Assembly: GCA_048571215.1 (NCBI GenBank)
Contig: CP182352.1
Span: forward strand, 960,001-1,024,000
From: Halarcobacter sp.
GTDB lineage: Bacteria; Campylobacterota; Campylobacteria; Campylobacterales; Arcobacteraceae
Direction: 5' to 3'
Length of the DNA: 64,000 nucleotides
In this document: one piece after another, positions 39,508 to 48,302 of the stretch
Layout of the letters: each line of letters starts with the position of its first letter
Numbering within the stretch: position 1 is the stretch's first letter
The notes under the pieces: generated by a model
The model's database searches: none
What the model was told of the DNA's origin: nothing
The model's input: only the letters and a program-made list of their open reading frames with translations
Position numbers and translations under genes: made by a program

Positions 39508-41202
39508 ATGGGAAAAATTAAAATAGACGAAAAAGAGTTTGATAAAATACTTAAAGCGTTAGATGATATCGAAGATGGTAAGTTTGATATTTCATTAAAA
39601 TCTGATGATAAAAAAGTATCAAAACTAGTGGATAAAATCAATAAGATAGCAAAAGAGATGGGTAATATGGAGATACATGCAAAAAGGATGTATGATGAAG
39701 TTGCCCAAGGTAATATGGATTATAGAGTTGATTCTAGAAATTTCCATAATGGATATGAAAATATTTTAGAGTCAATAAACTCAATGGTTGATGTTCCTGT
39801 TTCTGCTATTAGAGATTTTAATTATGCTATGACAAAACTTTCAGGTGGTGATTTTGATTCAAGAGTTTCAAATAACTATTTAGGAGAGTTTGAAGATATG
39901 AAATACTCATTTAATGCTATTTCAAATATCTTAAGAGATATACAAAATGATAGTTATATGTTAAATCAAGCTGCCCTTAGTGGACAATTAAGCATTCAAG
40001 TAGATAAATCAAAATATTATGGTGATTTTGCAATTATAATTGAAACTATTAATAACCTTACTATGGTTACAAGAAATGTTTTTAATGAAACTATTTTTGG
40101 TCTTAGAGCTTTACAAAGAGGTGATTTTGATTCACGAATTCATACAGAATATAAGGGTGATTTTGATATTGTAAAAGAGTCTGTAAATAATACAGCAGAG
40201 ATATTAACTAGGTTTATAACTGATATTGGAAGTTTAAATGAAGAGGCTTCAAATGGTAATTTGAAAGCTAAAATTGATGAAAGTGTATATACTGGTGGAT
40301 ATACAGAAGTTGCACAGGGGATTAATAGTTTTTCTTCAAAAGTTGAACAAATAGTAGATACTGTTAAAACTGCATCAACAGAGGTTTTAGTTGCAGCAAA
40401 TATTGTAAATAAATTGGCCCAATCTATATCAGCTGGTGCAGAACAACAGGCAAGTTCTTTAGAAGAGACTACAGCTTCAATTGAAGAGATTAGTGCAAAT
40501 ATTTCTGAAACAGCAAAAAATGCCACTAGAACAAGTCAAGTTGCTGAGGTAACTTCTGGGGTTGCTAAAAAAGGTGGTGAATCTGTAGCTCAAACGGTCG
40601 AAGCTATGAATATAATATCTGAAAAAATCATTATTATTGAAGATATTGTTTATCAAACAAATCTTCTGGCACTAAATGCAGCAATTGAGGCTGCACGTGC
40701 AGGGGAGCATGGGAAAGGATTTGCTGTAGTTGCAGCTGAGGTTAGAAAACTAGCCCAACGTTCAAAGGTTGCAGCTGAAGAGATAAGTAAAATCATAAAA
40801 AATAGTGTGGGTATATCAAAAGAAGCTGGGGAGTTAATCCAAAGTTTAATCCCACAAATTAGTGAAACTGCAAACTTAGTAACAGATATTTCGGAAGCTT
40901 CAAAAGAGCAAGAGATAGGTATAGAGCAAATTAATGTTGCAATGAGTGAATTAGATTCTGTAACACAAACCAATGCTAATGCTTCTAGTGAATTATCCTC
41001 TTCAGCTGAAGAGTTAGATGCCCAAGCAGGAGAACTTAGTAAAATGATGTCCCATTATACAACATCAGGTACAGATAAGTCACCTTTAAAAATACCATCT
41101 ATGGATTTAAGTGATATAGAAGTAAAGGTTTTTGATAAGAAAAAAGATGAATCAGAAGATAATGAAGAAGAGATAAATCTTAGAAATTTTGAAAGATTCT
41201 AG
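39508..41202 (+). CDS. Soluble methyl-accepting chemotaxis protein with tandem HAMP domains
   Basis: [27 protein letters not shown]; no TM helix. Confidence 0.92.
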   Translation: MGKIKIDEKEFDKILKALDDIEDGKFDISLKSDDKKVSKLVDKINKIAKEMGNMEIHAKRMYDEVAQGNMDYRVDSRNFHNGYENILESINSMVDVPVSAIRDFNYAMTKLSGGDFDSRVSNNYLGEFEDMKYSFNAISNILRDIQNDSYMLNQAALSGQLSIQVDKSKYYGDFAIIIETINNLTMVTRNVFNETIFGLRALQRGDFDSRIHTEYKGDFDIVKESVNNTAEILTRFITDIGSLNEEASNGNLKAKIDESVYTGGYTEVAQGINSFSSKVEQIVDTVKTASTEVLVAANIVNKLAQSISAGAEQQASSLEETTASIEEISANISETAKNATRTSQVAEVTSGVAKKGGESVAQTVEAMNIISEKIIIIEDIVYQTNLLALNAAIEAARAGEHGKGFAVVAAEVRKLAQRSKVAAEEISKIIKNSVGISKEAGELIQSLIPQISETANLVTDISEASKEQEIGIEQINVAMSELDSVTQTNANASSELSSSAEELDAQAGELSKMMSHYTTSGTDKSPLKIPSMDLSDIEVKVFDKKKDESEDNEEEINLRNFERF

Positions 41203-41210
41203 GAATATTT

Positions 41211-41690
41211 ATGGAAAATATAAATTCAAACTCTACAAAACAATATCTAATTTTTGTTTTAAATAATGAAAAATATGCAACAAAAGCAGATAATGTTCAA
41301 GAGATTGTGGATTTTATGAATATAAGAAGAGTTCCAAAGTCAAACCCCTGTGTAAAAGGAATAACCAATGTTAGGGGAGATTTGATTGCAGTTGTTGATC
41401 CTAAAATTAGATTTGGAATTGGTAGTATAGATATTCAAAAGAGGACATCATTTATTATATTTAATATTTTAAATAATAAAAAACAAACTATTTTATCAAT
41501 TGCTTTAATGGTAGATATGGTAATTGAAGTTGATGATATTTTGCCAGAAGATATTTTACAAACTCCAGAGTTTGGCTCTAAAATTGAGCAAAAATATATT
41601 GAGAATATAATTAGATTTGATGATGAATATATTACTGTTTTAGATATGGATATGGTTTTAAATATTCCAGAGTTATCGCAAATAAGTTAA
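41211..41690 (+). CDS. cheW: Chemotaxis coupling protein
   Basis: VP..KGITNVRG.LIAVVD. Confidence 0.88.
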   Translation: MENINSNSTKQYLIFVLNNEKYATKADNVQEIVDFMNIRRVPKSNPCVKGITNVRGDLIAVVDPKIRFGIGSIDIQKRTSFIIFNILNNKKQTILSIALMVDMVIEVDDILPEDILQTPEFGSKIEQKYIENIIRFDDEYITVLDMDMVLNIPELSQIS

Positions 41691-41699
41691 GGATTTTTT

Positions 41700-42638
41700 T
41701 TGGAACTTGAATATAATGACGATTTAGATAACAATGATGATTTAGATTTACTTGAATTGATTACAAGTGATTCAAGTACTACAAATAAGTATTTAGTATT
41801 TGAAGGCTCTAATAAAGAGTATTATGCAATAAATGTTGCAAAAGTTATTGAGGTTTTAGTTTATAAAGACCTAAAAATGGCAAAAAATGGTAGTAGTGAA
41901 AGTATTATTAGAGCAACTGCACAAATTAGAGATGAAATGGCTACTATTATAAACTTTGATCAATGGTTTGGAAATGAAGTTTTAGATGATAGTGAATACG
42001 AATATGTTATTCTAGCAGGTTTTGGTGGATACAATTTGGCAATTATGATAAAAAGTGTAGAGTATATTGTAAGTATTGATTCTAAAGATATGAAAGATAA
42101 CTCAATGAATAATCCAAAGACAAATTTTATCTCTGATATAAAATTAAATGGGGAGCATAAACTTTGTACAGTTTTTGATTGTGATAAATTACTTTTAGAC
42201 ACCTTTGAAGATGTTGGCAAAAAAAACAATCTTGAAAAGATTGAATATAAAAAGAATATAAATAGTGATAAACTTGTACTTTTTGCAGATGATAGCAGGT
42301 TTATAAGAATAACTGTACAAAAACTTTTGGAGAAACTTGAATTAAGATATAAAATCTTTGATAATGGTTTAGCGTTACTAAATGAGATTAAAACATTAAA
42401 CCCAAGTGATATTGGCTTGGTTATTACAGATTTAGAGATGCCAATAATGGATGGTAATGAGCTTGTAAAGAGTATCAACGAACTTGATGGTTATGAGGCA
42501 ATAAGTATTATAGTACATACAAATATGAGTAACTTTATAATGAAAAGTTCATTGACTAAATTGGGAGTTGATGAAGTGATTGCAAAAATAGATATGAATC
42601 AGTTATCTAAAGGGATTAGTAAGTATTTTATTCCATGA
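41700..42638 (+). CDS. cheV: CheW-receiver fusion
   Basis: YAINVAKV, ADDS, TDLEMP. Confidence 0.85.
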   Translation: MELEYNDDLDNNDDLDLLELITSDSSTTNKYLVFEGSNKEYYAINVAKVIEVLVYKDLKMAKNGSSESIIRATAQIRDEMATIINFDQWFGNEVLDDSEYEYVILAGFGGYNLAIMIKSVEYIVSIDSKDMKDNSMNNPKTNFISDIKLNGEHKLCTVFDCDKLLLDTFEDVGKKNNLEKIEYKKNINSDKLVLFADDSRFIRITVQKLLEKLELRYKIFDNGLALLNEIKTLNPSDIGLVITDLEMPIMDGNELVKSINELDGYEAISIIVHTNMSNFIMKSSLTKLGVDEVIAKIDMNQLSKGISKYFIP

Positions 42639-43441
42639 AAAAAGATATTATAGAATTAAGTGATAAAGAGTTTGAACTTTTTCAAAAGCTTGTATTTAGT
42701 GAAATAGGGGTTTTCTTAGGGAACTCAAAAAAACACTTAGTAAAAAATAGATTATTAAAACAGCTAATAAAGTATGAATTAAACTCTTATAGTGATTATT
42801 TTAGATTAATACAAGTTAAAAAGAGTGAAAAAACTGTAATGTTAAATTTAATCACTACAAATGAAACATATTTTTTTAGGGAATATAGCCATTTTGAGTT
42901 TTTGCAAGAATATATTATATCAAAACAAAAAAACAATAATATTCGTGTTTGGAGTGCAGCAAGTTCAGTTGGTGCAGAGGCTTATAGTGTTGCAATGATG
43001 TTTGACAATGAGAATTTAAATTTTGAAATTGTTGGTAGTGATATAAATACAGAAGTTGTTAAAAAGGCTAATGTGGGTTTATATCCTATAAAATGGATGG
43101 ATAAAATTCCAGATGAACTTAAATTTAAATATTGTTTAAAAGGAAAAGGTAGCCATGAGGGGTGGTTTTTAGTTGATAGATGTTTATTAAAATATATGAA
43201 ATTCCAGCAAAGAAATCTAATAGAAGAACAGGGTGATTTAGGTTTGTTTGATGTAATTTTTTTAAGAAATGTATTAATATATTTTGATGATGAAACAAAA
43301 GAAAAAATTGTAAAAAATGTACTAAAGAATTTAAAAAGAGGTGGTTATCTAATCATCTCTTTAACAGAACATATTTATAATTTAGATAAGTATGGTTTAC
43401 AAAAAGTGCAAAGTTCTATATTTCAAAAGGTAAGTAGATGA
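42635..43441 (+). CDS. cheR: Chemotaxis methyltransferase
   Basis: TTNETYFFRE, WSAASS.G.EAYS, FLRNVLIYF. Confidence 0.92.
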   Translation: MKKDIIELSDKEFELFQKLVFSEIGVFLGNSKKHLVKNRLLKQLIKYELNSYSDYFRLIQVKKSEKTVMLNLITTNETYFFREYSHFEFLQEYIISKQKNNNIRVWSAASSVGAEAYSVAMMFDNENLNFEIVGSDINTEVVKKANVGLYPIKWMDKIPDELKFKYCLKGKGSHEGWFLVDRCLLKYMKFQQRNLIEEQGDLGLFDVIFLRNVLIYFDDETKEKIVKNVLKNLKRGGYLIISLTEHIYNLDKYGLQKVQSSIFQKVSR

Positions 43442-44238
43442 AAGATTTAAAAGTTTTAGTAGTATCAAGTAAGGGTGGAGTAGGGAAAAGTACAGTTTCA
43501 ATGCAAGTTATAGCACCTTTTTTATATGAACAAAATAGTAAACAAACTGTATCTTTTTATGAGTTTGATGATGAAAATATAGATTCCCTTAGTTATGGGG
43601 GAAGTAATCTAACAAAAAGAGAATCTATTGATGTTGAAGAGTTTGTTATTATGGACAAATTTATGGAGATACTTTCTAAAGATGAATTTGCATGTATTGA
43701 TGTTGGAGGAAATAAATCAACAAGCTTATGTTTAGATACCTTGAATGATTCAGGAATGATAAGTCAAATAGATTTAGCTGTAATTCCCCTTTTAGATGGA
43801 GAACAAGATGCTATAAATGCAAAAAGTGTTTATAAAAGATTAAAAGAGTTTGATTCTAGTATAAAAATCGCTTTTGCTTTAAATAGGGTAAAAAATCAGA
43901 AATTTGTAAAATATCAATTTGATAATTTCTTTGGAGATATTAGAGAGATTTTTAGTGATGAAGATGCTGTTATTAATATAATCAAAGAGGATGAAAAAGA
44001 GAACTATTTTTGTATAGAAGATGGTGATATTATAAAATATAGTAGAAAATTTGGAATGACAATTTATGAAATAGCTGAACAAGAAAGGGATTTTATATCA
44101 GAATTTAAAGATGCTAGTGAAGAGAAAGCTAGAAAATTAATAGCTTTTAAGAATTATGTTTACCAAAATGGTAAAAAGTATTATGAAAGTGTATTGAAAA
44201 ACGCTTTTAAAAAACTAGATACAATAATAAAAGGATAA
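43438..44238 (+). CDS. ParA/MinD-like P-loop ATPase
   Basis: Deviant Walker A KGGVGKST. Confidence 0.8.
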   Translation: MKDLKVLVVSSKGGVGKSTVSMQVIAPFLYEQNSKQTVSFYEFDDENIDSLSYGGSNLTKRESIDVEEFVIMDKFMEILSKDEFACIDVGGNKSTSLCLDTLNDSGMISQIDLAVIPLLDGEQDAINAKSVYKRLKEFDSSIKIAFALNRVKNQKFVKYQFDNFFGDIREIFSDEDAVINIIKEDEKENYFCIEDGDIIKYSRKFGMTIYEIAEQERDFISEFKDASEEKARKLIAFKNYVYQNGKKYYESVLKNAFKKLDTIIKG

Positions 44239-44241
44239 GAT

Positions 44242-45135
44242 GTGATTAGTAACGTTTCAAATAAAGTATCTCTTCTTGCAGCTAATTCAAATATACTAGT
44301 TGTGGGTAATGTAAGTGAACAAATACACAATATGATTGATATCTCATTTTCAAATAAAGAGTTTTTTGATATCACTGCTGATTCATTAGAGATATTTAAT
44401 AACTCTTTGTTTGAACAGTTTGATATTGTTATAATCTCTTTTGATAGATATAGTTTTGAACTCTTTGAAAAGAATAATATAACAATACCAAAAGGGGGGA
44501 TTTATATTATTGAAGATGATGTGTATATTGATTTTAAAAAATATATAAATATCTCTTTTGCTACTCTTTTATCACCTATTGATGAAGATACCTTACTTTA
44601 TAAAATATACGCACGATTAGCAATAATAGAAACAAATGGATTTTTAAAAACAAAAGAAAAAGTTTTAAATAAATATAAAAACGATAGTATAAATAATGAG
44701 ATTGATACCTTCTTAGATCAATATAGTGGTAGCATCATGTTTATTAATGATGATTTAAATGATAGTTTAAAACGTTTAAAAGATTTAGAAATATCAAAAG
44801 AGGTGTTTTCAGATATTTCAGCTAACTTAGTTGAACTATCAAATATATTTGCTCAAAATAAAAAATTAGATCAATTATCTACACTCTTCTTAGAGTTTAG
44901 TCAGTTTTTAAACTCTTTGGATTTTGAGTCAATTGAACCATCCAGATTTGAAGCTTTTGATTATTTGACTACAATTGTTGAGGAGACAACTTTATATATT
45001 GATGAGCTTTTTGTATATAGACTTTTTAAAGATGTATCAGTTTTTGAGTATTCTATAGCAAACAACATCGAATACTTTGAATCAAAACTGTTTGGAAATG
45101 ATGAAAAAAATGAAGATAATTTGGAGTTTTTCTAA
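44242..45135 (+). CDS. Hypothetical acidic protein in the che operon
   Basis: 297 aa, ends DNLEFF. Confidence 0.7.
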   Translation: MISNVSNKVSLLAANSNILVVGNVSEQIHNMIDISFSNKEFFDITADSLEIFNNSLFEQFDIVIISFDRYSFELFEKNNITIPKGGIYIIEDDVYIDFKKYINISFATLLSPIDEDTLLYKIYARLAIIETNGFLKTKEKVLNKYKNDSINNEIDTFLDQYSGSIMFINDDLNDSLKRLKDLEISKEVFSDISANLVELSNIFAQNKKLDQLSTLFLEFSQFLNSLDFESIEPSRFEAFDYLTTIVEETTLYIDELFVYRLFKDVSVFEYSIANNIEYFESKLFGNDEKNEDNLEFF

Positions 45136-46160
45136 TGATAAAAGTATTTATTATTGATGATTCAATGCTTATAAGAAATAGTATTAAAAAGATTTTAAAA
45201 AATGAAAAAAATATTATACTAATAGGGGAGGCACAAAACCCTGTTGATGCAATAGATGAACTTAAAAAAGTTGGTTTCCCTGATGTGTTTATTTTAGATA
45301 TTGAGATGCCTAAAATGGATGGAATTAGTTTTTTAAGAAAATTAAAAGAGCAAAAACCAATACCAACAATAGTATTCTCTTCAATCGTAGGAAACAATTC
45401 AACAAAAGCTATAGAAGCTTTAGAGTTTGGTGCATGTGAAGTTATAGAAAAACCAATAAATATGAATAAAATTGATAAAGATGATTTTGTAGATGAGTTT
45501 ATACAAAAAATAAAAGCAGCATCAAAATCAAAACATGTTGAGAATGATGTTATAATTAATAAAAATACAAGTAAAACAAATCTACTAGCAAGTAAAGTAA
45601 TTGCATTGGGTGCATCAACAGGTGGTGTTCAAACTATTGAAAATATTATTACAAACCTAAATAAAAACCATCCACCAATTGTGATAACACAACATATGCC
45701 AGCTGGATTTACAAAATCTTTTGCAAAGAGATTAAATAATATTTGTCCAAATTCAACTGTAGTAGAGGTGCAGGGTGATGAACTTTTAGAAGTATCTTGT
45801 GTTTATATTGCCCCTGGGAACTTGCATTTGGAAATAGAAAAAATAAGTAAAGGTAAATATAAGGCTATTTTAAAAGATTACCCAAAGGTTTCTAATCATA
45901 AACCAAGTGTAGATGTACTTTTCAAATCTGTTGCAAAAGAGGCTAAAAATGACTCAGTAGCTTTTATTCTAACAGGTATGGGTAAAGATGGAGCAAATGG
46001 AATAAAAAAGATTAAAGATGCAGGTGGAAGAACTTATGGTCAAGATGAAAATAGTTCAATAGTTTATGGCATGCCAAAAGTTGCATATGAGATGGATGCT
46101 ATTGAAAAACAAGTAAATCTTAATGAGCTTGTTGAGATAATAAATTCTATTGATAAGTGA
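45135..46160 (+). CDS. cheB: Chemotaxis methylesterase
   Basis: Receiver plus GASTGG, QHMP, LTGMGKDGA. Confidence 0.95.
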   Translation: MIKVFIIDDSMLIRNSIKKILKNEKNIILIGEAQNPVDAIDELKKVGFPDVFILDIEMPKMDGISFLRKLKEQKPIPTIVFSSIVGNNSTKAIEALEFGACEVIEKPINMNKIDKDDFVDEFIQKIKAASKSKHVENDVIINKNTSKTNLLASKVIALGASTGGVQTIENIITNLNKNHPPIVITQHMPAGFTKSFAKRLNNICPNSTVVEVQGDELLEVSCVYIAPGNLHLEIEKISKGKYKAILKDYPKVSNHKPSVDVLFKSVAKEAKNDSVAFILTGMGKDGANGIKKIKDAGGRTYGQDENSSIVYGMPKVAYEMDAIEKQVNLNELVEIINSIDK

Positions 46161-46161
46161 A

Positions 46162-47088
46162 CTAAACTTTAGCTAAAATAGATTTATTTCTCCCTTTATC
46201 TTTTGCTTCATATAAAGCATAATCAGCTCTTGTGATAGTGTGTTCTATATTGTCACTATCAAGTTCTAAATCAAATTGTGCTATTCCAAAACTTGCAGTA
46301 AATTTTATTATATCTTTATTTTTTGTAATAATTTTACTCTCTTCAAGTCTTATTCTAATCTTTTCTGCAACATCAAATCCAGCCAAACTATTACTATTTT
46401 GAAGAAGAACAACAAACTCTTCACCTCCAAAGCGAGCAACCACATCACTGCTTCTTACAGCTTTCTTAAGTTCACTTGCTACTTTTTTGATCACATAATC
46501 ACCAATTAAATGTCCATAGGTATCATTTATATTTTTAAATTTATCAATATCTAAAACTATTATCGCGATATTTTGATTATTTCGTTTTGCTAAGGATTTA
46601 ATTTTTTCTGATTCTTCTTTAAAATATCTTCTATTATAAAGATGAGTTAGAGGATCACGATGTGACATATCTTCCAATTCTTTATTTAGCTTTTTTAGTT
46701 TTGCATTGGTTTCACAAAGGCTAGTATGGTTATAAATATAGATACATACTTGTTCTTTTTCAATATCATAAGGTACTATTGTTACACTTTGTTGCATAGA
46801 GGTAAAAGTGGTATTAATAATATTATTTAAAGGTATTTCTATCAAAAAATGGTGAGGATCTATTGAATAAAAGGATGGGTTTTTTGTAATTAGTACAGAT
46901 TTTATTTTTCTTTGTAATCTTTTTTTATCTACATAAGTAAAGAGTTCACAAAAATTTTTACCTATAACTTCCTCTTCATATTTTTTTGTAAATAGTTCAA
47001 GCCAATTATTCCAAGCTAAAATATTTAACTCTTTATCTAAAATAACAATTCCATTATCAACTGTATTAAAGATCACACTATCTATCAT
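46162..47088 (-). CDS. PAS-GGDEF diguanylate cyclase
   Basis: DPLT.LYNRR, DIDKFK.INDTYGH, RSSD..ARFGGEEF. Confidence 0.92.
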   Translation of the reverse strand: MIDSVIFNTVDNGIVILDKELNILAWNNWLELFTKKYEEEVIGKNFCELFTYVDKKRLQRKIKSVLITKNPSFYSIDPHHFLIEIPLNNIINTTFTSMQQSVTIVPYDIEKEQVCIYIYNHTSLCETNAKLKKLNKELEDMSHRDPLTHLYNRRYFKEESEKIKSLAKRNNQNIAIIVLDIDKFKNINDTYGHLIGDYVIKKVASELKKAVRSSDVVARFGGEEFVVLLQNSNSLAGFDVAEKIRIRLEESKIITKNKDIIKFTASFGIAQFDLELDSDNIEHTITRADYALYEAKDKGRNKSILAKV

Positions 47089-47092
47089 TGTT

Positions 47093-47713
47093 TTAATACT
47101 CTTCTAATACGATATTAAGAGCTTTCTTAAGATATATAGAAGACTCTTTATTTGTCATAACAACAAGTTCACCATTTATTTGTTGATCCTCAAATTTAAG
47201 TTGGGTAGATATTATTATAATATTTTCATAGTTACATTGAAACTGCTTATTAAATTCACTTAAAGAGTCAAAAAAGCTAACTTTTGGAGATGAAAAGGAG
47301 ATTGAAGCTTTAATCAAGTCTGCAAGTTTTGCTGAAGTTGTAGAAGATAAGATATTTGTTATTTCTAATACTATATCTTTTATCTCATTTTCATCGATTT
47401 CATCTTCATCTAAATCAAACTCTTTTGCCAAATTTTTACTAGATTTACTATCTATAATAAATAAATTTTCACCTGATATTTGGCCATTTATTAATTGGCT
47501 TGCCATATAAAAAGAGTTATTAGTTACTAGACTTTCGATTAAATGTTCTTTTAATTTAGTTGCGGATATTGTTTCAATTTTTGGTATCCCAAGAGTTGCG
47601 AATTTATCAATAATTTTTGATACAGCAGCAGTCGCTGAAGCAAATGAGATATTCATCAATTCTTGTAAGCAATCTCTTTCATCTTCATTTAATCTGATTT
47701 GATTCTTGTCCAT
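47093..47713 (-). CDS. CheC-like phosphatase
   Basis: LQELMNI and LEITNI (two ExxN motifs). Confidence 0.8.
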   Translation of the reverse strand: MDKNQIRLNEDERDCLQELMNISFASATAAVSKIIDKFATLGIPKIETISATKLKEHLIESLVTNNSFYMASQLINGQISGENLFIIDSKSSKNLAKEFDLDEDEIDENEIKDIVLEITNILSSTTSAKLADLIKASISFSSPKVSFFDSLSEFNKQFQCNYENIIIISTQLKFEDQQINGELVVMTNKESSIYLKKALNIVLEEY

Positions 47714-47715
47714 TT

Positions 47716-48084
47716 TTAAAGTAAGCCTAGTTCTTCCATCATAGATTTTAAGTTATTTGCATCAATAGGTTTTTTTATAAAACCCATAGCTCCACTTTCT
47801 TGTGCTTTTGTTAAAGAATGTTCTTGGATATCAGCACTTACAATAATTATTTGTGCATCTGGATTTATACTACATATTTCTTTTGTTGCTTCAAATCCAT
47901 TTACTTCAGGCATAGTTAAATCCATAAAACATACTTCAGGATTATAAGTTTTATAGTATTCTATTGCTTCTTTTCCATTTGTAGCTTCAATAACCTCAAA
48001 CTCTTTATTTATTACCGCTTTTAAACTTTTTATTGTCATCTTTCTAGCAAGTTTTGCATCGTCTACTACTAAATATTTCATCAA
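47716..48084 (-). CDS. Single-domain response regulator
   Basis: VDDA, DLTMP, KP. Confidence 0.88.
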   Translation of the reverse strand: MMKYLVVDDAKLARKMTIKSLKAVINKEFEVIEATNGKEAIEYYKTYNPEVCFMDLTMPEVNGFEATKEICSINPDAQIIIVSADIQEHSLTKAQESGAMGFIKKPIDANNLKSMMEELGLL

Positions 48085-48302
48085 TTTTTCCTATTACAAA
48101 TAATGTATATATGCTATCTAAAATCAGCTTAACATAACTATTAATAGTATTAGTGTTTTAATTATTTATTAATTATTTTAATTTTGTAACATGTGTAAAA
48201 ACTTGTAATATTGTAAATAAATATCAAAATAAACTTACTTTTATATGAATAATTAAACAATCATACGCTATTTTATTGTTTAGATTATAATAAGGGTGAA
48301 TA

